Source: Antedon mediterranea (lineage: Eukaryota; Animalia; Echinodermata). Taken from it: a DNA stretch of 64,000 nucleotides. Both the position numbers and the translations under genes were made by a program. The notes below the pieces were generated by a model that worked only from the letters and a program-made list of their open reading frames with translations, had not been told where the DNA came from and did no database searches. The DNA lies in assembly GCF_964355755.1 (NCBI RefSeq), contig NC_092670.1, positions 300,201-364,200 on the forward strand, given 5' to 3'. Positions 25,571-35,848 of this stretch are shown here, piece by piece (the first letter of the stretch is position 1; every line of letters begins with the position of its first letter).

Positions 25571-27994
25571 GGTGTCAGATGAAATCGGTCGCGCTTGAAA
25601 TCGGTCGCGTTTGAAATCGGTCGCGATAAAATCAACTTCCGGTATTTTGTATGGCGCGCCGCTAGAGCTATACTTTTGATTATATCGGTCGCGTTTGAAA
25701 TCGGTCGCGCTATTTTGTATGGATCGGGCGGGATGCGATGCATTTTTCGTTTATATAGATTTAATTGATATTTTTTAGGAACTAGATTATTTATGTGGAT
25801 ATTTTTTACTTGGTTAATAAATATTTATTATCAATCATTAGGCCTAAATTAATTTTTTTTTTGTATTTCACAGGACTCGGAGAAGGACTGTCTTTTCAAA
25901 ATGGCCATTTCTAAACACGTTTAAATATTATATTAGGCATAATGTTATATTAGGCATATAATAATTTACCTCTATTTATATGTACTGTAATTAATATATT
26001 ATATAGAGAATATACGTCTGTCGTGTCTTTTATTATGCAAACAATTAGGCCTACGTATGGTTTTAGGATATTAATGAAATATATAGATAATAGGCCTATG
26101 CCGTTATAAATCAATCTACCGGCCTACAGAGGACTATGATGTACAATGATAGATGTGCGAATAATTGATTGATTGAAATTTATATTTATACTGGGTAACC
26201 TCTTCAGTCAAAGACTGGTCTCCCAGAAGGCCCAGTTGGTGATCAGTGGCTGTGATGTACTAATACACCGGGGTAACCCCCTACTCGTCTCGAAAGATGT
26301 ACTAGGTTCTTTAAAGTGCATATGAGCAAGCTGTGTACACTGGACCTACGGTTTATAGTCCTTATCCGAGAAGACTCGTTCTAACACCAGAACCATGGAG
26401 TGAGTGAGCCTCGAACCCCTGCCGATGTTATGGCTACATAATTACGGTTCCACTGTCTTCTTAACCGCTCGGCCACTCACTCACATAATAATGTATGGAT
26501 AATGTGGACACGATTCTCAATTGAGAATCGTGTCCACATTATCCATACATTATTATGTGAGTGAGTTGCCGCAAAGAGGTAATCTGCACTGATATTTAAA
26601 CATTTAGATTTACGAACGACGTATGAATGCGAGACACTGAGTTGCACTTACTTAATTATTTACATTAAATGATTATTATAAATGAAGAAATAAAAGATAT
26701 TCAAATTAAAATCTATAGTATCGCCGACGATATATACGTAAATTCGTATTTTTCATACTGTCAAATTATAGAAAAAGTGCTTTATTCGGAATTATTACCG
26801 TATGGATAAGCAAGCCTGTGAGCTACAGCGATTTTAATTGCTTTTGTTTTCCTTGCCTCCTTATATTTCCACGTGTCTTGATTTGGTTACCTATGTTTTA
26901 AATGTATTTCGATTTTAAAGGCTAAATAAAGAATGAATGAATGAACATGATCTCATAATCGCGTCGAGCATCTATAGCTCATTGGATCGTTTCACAAAAA
27001 CACGTGCAGGAGGCCTATAGACGTTTCAAACATGGTTATTAGTAATAGACGTCATCTTTACTTCGCCATGGACAACGATCGTACGTGTTTTGTCCACGAT
27101 TTGACACACTAAACAAGTGCGTGTTTTTTAAAAAGGGGAAACCCCGTCAGCAAAATAACGTATTGTTAGAGGAAACAGCTGCACGATCATAGAAGGCGCA
27201 TCTCCAATATGGCTTATTCGGGGGTTTATTTCAGTAACTCGTCTTTTTTAACCATCCGCATATAATGATCATTTTACTAAAAACTATTTTAAACATTAGA
27301 GATAAAAGTATACACGTGATTTGCCTCAACAATAATCATTATACACTTAATATTATCCTACATAACGGATAGAAATAAAATAGAAATAAAAATAAGGTGA
27401 TCGAATTGTATGTTGTTAACGACATGGATATGATATAATCTGCCACAGTATGCATAAGTAAAATGGATACGCTGGCCTTATGGGCTATATTGTAAAAATT
27501 ATTGTTTTTAAATAAATAATTGTTCTCTTACGTAATTGTTTGCATAATAAAAGACACGACAGACGTATATTCTCTACATAATATATTAATTACAGTACAT
27601 ATAAATAGAGGTAAATTATGATATCTAATATAACATTATGCCTAATATAATATTTAAAAGACACAGTCCTTCTCCGAGACCTGTGAAATACAAAAAAAAA
27701 TTAATTAATTTAATGATTGATAATAAATATTTATTAACCAAGTAAAAAATATCCACATAAATAATCTAGTTACTACAAAATATCAATTAAATCTACATAA
27801 ACGAAAAATGTATATCCCGCTCTAGCATGCATCCCGCTCGATCCATACAAAATAGCGCGACCGATTTCAAACGTGACCGATATAATCAAAAGTATAGCTC
27901 TAGCGGCGCGCCATACAAAATACCGGAAGTTGATTTTATCGCGACCGATTTCAAACGCGACCGATTTCAGACGCGACCGATTTCATCGTAAACC
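25571..27994. mobile_element. Element W2 (about 480-bp TIRs with gaaatcggtcgcg subrepeats), inserted in the left TIR of Z
   Basis: Arms at about 25571-26055 and 27530-27994; 8-bp TSD gcctagcc at 25563-25570 and 27995-28002. Confidence 0.9.
26160..26482 (-). mobile_element. tRNA-derived SINE with a Deu/Nin-type central domain, inside W2
   Basis: Minus strand: A box tggccgagcgg, B-box-like ggttcgaggc, then tctcggataaggactataaaccgtaggtcc..ttaaagaacc..gagtagggggttaccccggtgt resembling the DeuSINE core, then a (caat)n tail. Confidence 0.8.
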
Positions 27995-28405
27995 GCCTAG
28001 CCTAGGCCTAAGTATGGTATAACATCCCGAAGCCGAACATAACCAAAGATCTTTAAACCATACCTTATATAATACTCGCAAAGCAAGCAATTGATTGAAA
28101 AAATACAGAAATATCGCCATTTGATACTGAATGTGTCGACACGAACAAACGAACAGATATGGAACGCCAAGAGTGCATCATTAAAACTGCATTCGACTCG
28201 ATTAGCACACGAAATATCATAAACATGGCAAACCAGGCCCCTTTTTCAGCGGCGGCAGGTAAGGTTTGACCATGGAGGTACTCCATGGTTTTACCAGCTT
28301 CATGGTTTGACCATGGAGGTATAAAAATATTGTTATACCTCCATGGTTTGACCGTATACAATGCATGTGTGAAATGTAAAGCTTTCTTATGGCCCTCCCC
28401 ATGCA

Positions 28406-29200
28406 GGATTAGGCCAAGTTGAGCCGCCGACAAGTTGAGGCGCCGCCAGAAAAACGTTATTTTCTATGAAACGCCAAATGCTTACTTTCGCCGGTGCTCG
28501 TTTCTATTTAATAGAAGTTCTATTTATATTAATTATTAGATATAACGATGTATATTCCAAAGTTTATATATCACGGTTTTTAGTATATATTATTAAATAT
28601 TATAATTAAAGAGAAACAATTATGAATATCTGACTTGTAGATTCCAAAATATAAGGCCTAAAACATGACCGAAAATGATCGTTTTTAGCCAAAAATGACG
28701 TAAACATGTTGCCCCCTCAGGCGGCAGTTTAAGTAAAATAATTGCATAAAATCATCGTTTTTTAGTAAAATATTTTGTGTATTAACATTGTAAAATTCAA
28801 TAAAATATGATATTAAAAGATAGTAAATAAAAAATAATAATTATTTAACCTCATTCGAAGAATATCAATACTCTATTAGTCCTGAGAGACAACGTGATTT
28901 TACGTGGTAGGCATACACGCGAGAAAAATATTATGGAGTGCACTGCATTTTTACCTTGAAAGATTAAAAACAATTAAATTATTAAATATGACTACTTTCC
29001 TTTGCTGTTTCAAACCAACAAAATTGTAGTATGTAATTATTATTTATTTTCATGACACAATAAACCTAAAGACCATGAACTTATGTAGGGCCTACTAGGA
29101 CACCACTCTATCACTACGCGAAATGTCGTAAAAGACGCACTGGCCGTTTCATAGAAATTACCGGCGGCTCAACTTGTCGGCGGCCCAACCGGTCATATCC
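28406..29200. mobile_element. Element V (795 bp, aagttgagccgccgac subrepeats), inserted in Z
   Basis: ggattaggccaagttgagccgccgac ... gtcggcggcccaaccggtcatatcc; 9-bp TSD ccccatgca at 28397-28405 and 29201-29209. Confidence 0.88.
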
Positions 29201-30149
29201 CCCCATGCACATGTTACTCTGCTTGGTAGGCCTATAGTGTTCGTTATAAGAAGACGAGATGTAATTATACGTCCATGGTTTAACCATGTATTGTATAATA
29301 TTTATTTCTTTTTAATTTATTTTTAATATGTCGAATGCAGTTTTAATGATGCACTCTTGGCGTTCCATATCTTTTCGTTTGTTCGTGTCGACACAATCAG
29401 TATCAAATGGCGATATTTCTGTATTTTTTCAATCAATTGCTTGCTTGCGAGTATTATAAAATAAGGTATAGTTTAAAGATCTTTGGCTGTGTTCGGCTTT
29501 GGGATGTTATACCACACTTAGGCCTAGGCTAGGCTAGGCTATAGGGGTCGTCGGTTTCGTGTTATGGGGTCGTTCAATTCGAGGTCGTTCAATTCGAGGT
29601 CGCCCGGGTCGTTGGGGTCGTCCAATTCGAGGTCGTCGCTTTCTACACACCCGCTCGAAATGCCAACAAACATTGCAGTCATTTGATGAGTGTGTCGCTT
29701 TAACAATTATTGTTTATCGAAAGTTAGAGACTGTCGTTCAGATTTTTGAACCGTAGTTTGGGCACTTTTGACACGATATGACTTGAATGAAAAAACAATC
29801 GTTACATAAAAATAAACAACATGATGAGTGTATACACGAATCTATTTAGATACGCTTGTATCGATTGATTATTAGGCCTATAATATAGCATAATAGCACG
29901 TTAAGATATGCCTCGCACCTTTTTGAAATTGTAAACTATATGCCTCGCATGCCTCGCACTTTTGGAAATGATAAAATGATGCCTCGCACAAATATTTGGC
30001 ATGCCGCGCATGCCTCGCTTGCCTCGCTGCCTCGCACTTTGTCAACACTCGTAATTTAGAATTAACGCGGTTTGTGGTTTTTGTAGTACGCCGTACGACC
30101 CATCTCTTGAGGGTCTGTTAGCTACTAAAACCCAATTGTGATACGATAA

Positions 30150-31080
30150 ACATCAAAGCAAGTATTTAAGAGTGCTCGTATATTTTATACGATGTGGGGG
30201 CTGATTCTACGCTTTTTTACTGTTTATTGGTCGATCATGTCCATTGCCAACGAAAAACATTTGCAATTGTTCTCGTGTAGACAAAAAAAAATGGTAGGCC
30301 TACGTAAAATATTGGTAACTGATTCCAAAATATAACCTATGACCCAGCCACAGCGAGTGATCTTATTATGGTTCTTTTTTCCTCTATGAACAATTCCTTT
30401 GATGGAAACCGGCATACATTATTTTCACAAAGTGGGGATTATCTCTCTGCCAACACGCTCGTTTGACCTAAAACTTCCCTGTTGACAAATTAAGACCAAC
30501 AGTATTCTGCCGATAGGGGTAAACAAATGTCCCATATTATTTTAATTATAAACTTGCATCGAACGCTGCAAATAATGTTTAAAAACTGATAAATGTTTTT
30601 TTTTTAAATTGTACGAATAGTCTGTATTTGAGTAAGTCATCGAAATAATAATAGCGAAGTCGATAGTAAAAGCTTAGTAACGTATTTTTATGCGATGTTT
30701 CATGTTAAGTCAATTACCTATTTTGATGAATCGCACCGACCAAAGCGTTTGACGCCGATTGGTGCGGCAAGCCTTTGTGTATACGTCACTGCCCTTTGGG
30801 ACCTCTGAAACAGGCGGGCTTGTGCTTTGATGTTGTGCACTTTGAAACGCTCGGCTCTCGATAGGCTTTCCCCATTGCTTGTATTGTCGGCAGTTTTTCA
30901 GAGTCGTCGGGAATAGCGGTAAGATTATGGTTAAATTCTTATTATTTATTCTTTAATAATACTTGATTTGTACACTTTTGGAATACTCTATACCATCTCG
31001 TGTGTCGGAGGTAAGTAAGCAACTTAAATACACCCATAAAAAACTATTATTTTACCAATTATTTGGAGTGTTTCAAAGCG
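30150..31080 (+). promoter_or_regulatory. Candidate Axin promoter and non-coding first exon with a TCF/LEF motif cluster
   Basis: Locally GC/CpG-rich. ATTGG near 30758, TACGTCAC 30782, GGCGGG near 30813. CTTTGWW motifs at 30152, 30397, 30825, 30840 and 31072. Donor-like sites GCG|gtaaga 30919 and GAG|gtaagt 31011. Coding exon 1 starts at an acceptor, which implies an upstream exon. Confidence 0.55.
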
Positions 31081-32591
31081 AGGACGAGGCCACCGCGGCT
31101 GCTGCCTGCCTGTTGTAGTTTAGTTTGCATGCAAATTGTTCCGTGCCGCTTTCGTATCAAATGACCGTCTGGCCTAGCTCTCCCAGTTAATAAGGTTGTT
31201 TCTGTATTGAGGTATATGTTCATGTTTTTATTTGAAAGCTCATTGTTATTTATGACATAGCTTATTCTATTAAGTATTCATTTTAGCGGCAATATGACTA
31301 AACAAGGCGGTGAATATCACAGGATTTTCAACACGGCCTGGAGGGAAGAGTAACGCGGTAATGTGTAGCGAGTTCGGCATTCTATTCAATTTCAAAACGA
31401 AGCAGTTTCGCTTGGATTAATAATCTTATTTTGTGGACAAATAGCTAGGCCTAGCGCTTTTATCTAGCTGATTTAATACGTTTATACATACTGTAACTGT
31501 ATGTTCTTTGGATATATTAATAACCCAACAAGTAGTCTAGGTCTAGCCTAGTAGAATGTTTAGTATTTAAAACGCGCGTATTTAAAAAGGTAAGTTTTTT
31601 CTTCTAGTTCTAGTAGGCTTCGGACTGTTTTGATGTTTTAAATTGCCAAGTAAGCAGGTATGGTAAGTTTTTAAAAAGATCTTAACCAGGATGTCTCACC
31701 TATCTTTTTTATTTTAATAAAAATAATAGGTAACTATTATTATTAAGGATCCTAATTATTAATATTAATAATTAATAATAATGCCAGATGTTTTAAAAAC
31801 AGTAAAAAACTTGTACTTACAGTATTTACTATAGCTATGCCTATTGGACTATACAAATTACTAATCATTCAAAAACAAATAGGCTACATGCTTTCTTATA
31901 AAATGTATATGTGGTATACATTTACAGGTATACACATTTTATGTGTACTGTATTATTAGACTGAACATGTATCATAACTATGTATAAAACATTTTAAAGA
32001 AGAAAATGGTTAAATTGTTGTAGTATCCCACTGTAGCGTAAGGTACTGTACTACTTTAAGAATCAAGGGTCAAAGTTCATTACTTGAGAACCCCCAGAAG
32101 TATGCACTGCAGCCACAGGTCATTGCCTGGAATGAGATTTCCGCTTGGAAGGTTTTGATTAAAGAAAAAGGCTTTAATAGTCTCCAAATCTTGTGAGGTT
32201 GAAATTAAATAGAAATAATAACTGCAGCCAATTAGGTCAATGGCAGCATAGAAGGAAAGACTGTTGGTATTGATCAGCATATTTTATTTCACTGTAGCTG
32301 GTTAACTTGTTTTTGTCGACGTATTAGTTTGCATTGGGTCGATTTCTTAACTTGATCATACTTAAAATACTTGGAATCTCAGATTGGTTGAGAGGGGGGA
32401 ATGACAATATTAAAGAGATGAAGCTGTATCGGGCAATCTGAACAGCATAATAATGTTTACAGTAAGTACAGACACCTTTTAATTCCCCGTCAGCTCTTTT
32501 TGAACGCGAGTTTTTTTTATAAAATTTATTTTCAATAGTCAACACATTATTCAACAATTCTCTGTCACTTTCTCTACTGTAGATCATCATG

Positions 32592-34232
32592 AGTTCACTA
32601 ATTATAGTAGACGGATGGTACCAGTACCCACTACAGTTCACTAATTATAGTAGACGAATGGTACCGGTACCCACTACAGTTTACTAATTATACTTATAGT
32701 AGACGGATGGTACCGGTACCCACTACAGTTGGGTATTGCTAAACCTCGCAAACCCCCGCAAACCTCCAAAAAAACATAGCAAACCCCACCGAACCAACAT
32801 AAAAGTGATTGAATCATGTAGTGTACAACCCACTGGGTATATCAATGTAAAAAAAAATTAAATTTCTACTGTTAACAACTTATTTTTGGGGTAAAACATC
32901 ATTTTTTGGTCAAAAATTATTGTTAAACCCCGCAAACCTCCAAAAAACCATAGCAAACCCCACCGAACCAACATTAAAGTGATTGAATAATGTAGTGTAC
33001 GACCCACTGGGTATATAAATATTAAATTTCTACTGTTAACTACTTTTTTGCGGATAAAACATCATTTTTTGGTTAAAAATTAGCAATCATTTTTGACCAA
33101 AAAATGATGTTTTACCCCAAAAATAAATAGTTAACAGTAGAAATTTAATTTTTTTTTTACATGGATATACCCAGTGGGTTGTACACTACATGATTCAATC
33201 ACTTTTATGTTGGTTCGGTGGGGTTTGCTATGTTTTTTGGAGGTTTGCGGGGTTTAGCAATCATTTTTGACCAAAAAATGATGTTTTACCCCAAAAATAA
33301 GTTGTTAACAGTAGAAATTTAATTTTTTTTTTACATGGATATACCCAGTGGGTTGTACACTACATGATTCAATCACTTTTATGTTGGTTCGGTGGGGTTT
33401 GCTATATTTTTTTGGAGGTTTGCGGGGTTTAGCAATCATTTTTGACCAAAAAATGATGTTTTACCCCAAAAATAAGTTGTTAACAGTAGAAATTTAATTT
33501 TTTTTTTACATGGATATACCCAGTGGGTTGTACACTACATGATTCAATCACTTTTATGTTGGTTCGATGGGGTTTGCTATATTTTTTTGGAGGTTTGCGG
33601 GGGTTTGCGGTGTTTAGCAATACCCCTACAGTTCACTAATTATAGTAGACGGATGGTACCGGTACCCACTACAGTTCACTAATTATAGTAGACGGATGGT
33701 ACCGGTACCCACTACAGTTCACTAATTATAGTAGACGGATGGTACCGGTACCCACTACAGTTTACTAATTATAGTAGACGGATGGTACCGGTACCCACTA
33801 CAGTTCACTAATTATAGTAGACGGATGGTACCGGTACCCACTACAGTTCACTAATTATAGTAGACGGATGGTACCGGTACCCACTACAGTTTACTAATTA
33901 TACTTATAGTAGACGAATGGTACCGGTACCCACTACAGTTTACTAATTATACTTATAGTAGACGAATGGTACCGGTACCCACTACAGTTTACTAATTATA
34001 CTTACAGTATAGTAGACGAATGGTACCGGTACCCACTACAGTTTACTAATTATACTTATAGTAGACGGATGGTACCGGTACCCACTACAGTTTACTAATT
34101 ATACTTATAGTAGACGAATGGTACCGGTACCCACTACAGTTCACTAATTATACTTATAGTAGACGAATGGTACCGGTACCCACTACAGTTCACTAATTAT
34201 AGTAGACGGATGGTACCAGTACCCACTACAGT
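32592..34232. repeat. 43/49-bp tandem array (about 16 units) upstream of the first Axin coding exon, interrupted by a foldback element
   Basis: Unit cagttcactaattatagtagacggatggtaccggtacccacta; most units carry the palindrome ggtaccggtacc. Confidence 0.95.
32731..33625. mobile_element. Foldback element built from units of about 175 bp (2 forward, 3 inverted)
   Basis: gggtattgctaaac ... gtttagcaataccc; 8-bp TSD ctacagtt at 32723-32730 and 33626-33633. Confidence 0.9.
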
Positions 34233-35015
34233 AGTTAGTGGGTTACTGTCTCTACTCATCTACAGTACTGTAGCTCATTTCATCACTGTACTTATAATAA
34301 TTGTTAAGTATTGTTTTATTTTAGAATAATTAAAAAAAAATGATAAATTTTATCTTTTTTTATTTATTTATTTATTACCATCTTTACTGAGGGTAGCCTA
34401 TCCAGTTCCAAATAGAACTGATCATTCAGGGTCCTCGATAAAACATACATTTTTTGTGATGACTCCCAACTTCTGGTGCTGACCTGTGACTCCATAGAGT
34501 AATCATCATAAACACTATGAAATAATTCCTTCAGTGGCCAAGTGATGACTATCCTTGGATAGATTGAGTTGGAATGTCCATTGATTACACAAGAAACATC
34601 GCCCTCAGCCTCATTTGCATAATAAAGTCAATTACTAGTCTGGGTTAATTGAAGCCTGCAGCTTGATTATTAAAATAAAATATTGAAAAATCCCAAAAGA
34701 ATTGAAAATTAGTTTTAGTACTGTAGTATGTTAAAAAATAACCGGAATTAATTCAGGTTTTTAATTTCAATAAAAAAATTTAAAAACCATAAGATAGTTC
34801 TTGTTTCTAATTTTTTTAAACGACCTATTTCTGTTGGTAAACAATTCTGCACTGTGTTACTGTTAAAACCTCTCCTTCTCTTGTTCCCTCAATAGAACAT
34901 GCTGAATATGCTTCTTTTGCCTAGACCAAAGTGAGCAGTAACTAAGCAATTCTCTCTGATGATTAATGTTCTGATATGTTTTTTTTCACAGTGGAAATGT
35001 TGAATTATTTTTAAA

Positions 35016-35848
35016 ATGAACACTCTGATTTTTTTGCCGGACTCGAACCCACCGACGTCATTGAGACCCCCGGTACCCGGGGAAGAAAATGTGGGGCAAC
35101 ATGAACATCAAATTTGTGGCAATCCTTCGCAGGGTACGCCTAGAAGGTCAACGTTAAGTATGGGTAAAAATGGAGATGAAGCGCCTTTAGGTTTTGAACC
35201 TGAAGGCAGTGATTCTATTACGCCACCATATACACGGTGGACAGAGTCATTGCATGCATTACTCAATGACAATGATGGAATTAGACTATTTACTCAATTT
35301 TTGGAACAAGAAAAAGAACAGCATTACTTAAAATTTTGGCTGGCTTGTCAGGGTTATAAAATGCGAGATGAGAAAAACCAGTATGAATTATCAAAACTTA
35401 TTTGTAAAAAGTTTATCAAACAAAACGCTCAAACTGCAATAAAACTGAATCCGAATACAAGAACTATTATCGAGGAAAATGTAAAGAAAGGACAAGTTGC
35501 TGTTGAACTATTTGATGAGGCACAAAGTGAAGCAGAGAATTTTATTAGAGACAATTTATATCCAGAATTTTTAAAGTCAGAACTGTATGTCCAGTATGCC
35601 AACAATGGTGGACTTAGTACAACAAGCGATTGTAGTTCACCGACATCTTCTTACAACGGTGGTGTATCCGAGAGGTTCTTAACCACCGTCGTAGAAGATG
35701 AGGAGCTACAGGTATGTCAGACAGAAAGAAGTGAATTGTTTGAAAAACCAAAATCTACTACTAGACTTACAGCGGAGGTATTAAGTATGTCATCAAGACA
35801 TAGACTAATATCATCAGGGCCGAAAAGACCTAAGAGGGACGAATACCG
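35016..35848 (+). CDS. axin: Axin coding exon 1: tankyrase-binding motifs and RGS (APC-binding) domain
   Basis: [62 protein letters not shown]. Acceptor ttttttcacag ends at 34991; donor CG|gtaagt at 35849. Confidence 0.97.

Larger units (their letters stand above)
25443..29652. mobile_element. Element Z (long TIRs with cgacctcgaattgga subrepeats; about 0.97 kb without inserts), inserted in X
   Basis: gggtgtgtagaaagcgacgacc ... ggtcgtcgctttctacacaccc. Direct repeat gctcgaaatg at 25433-25442 and 29653-29662; the empty site is seen in the inner X copy. Confidence 0.9.
19614..30050 (+). mobile_element. Element X, outer copy (MULE-like, about 2.05 kb once inserts Y and Z are removed)
   Basis: Ends gggtagtaacaaagtgcgaggc and gcctcgcactttgtcaacactc. 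9-bp TSD gtaatttag at 19605-19613 and 30051-30059. The three pieces are the reverse complement of the intact inner copy. Confidence 0.92.

Noticed and set aside
32080-32490. Non-repetitive, moderately GC-rich intronic blocks that might be enhancers (also about 34450-34670 and 36150-36420)
   Set aside because: Cannot be supported without conservation or chromatin data.
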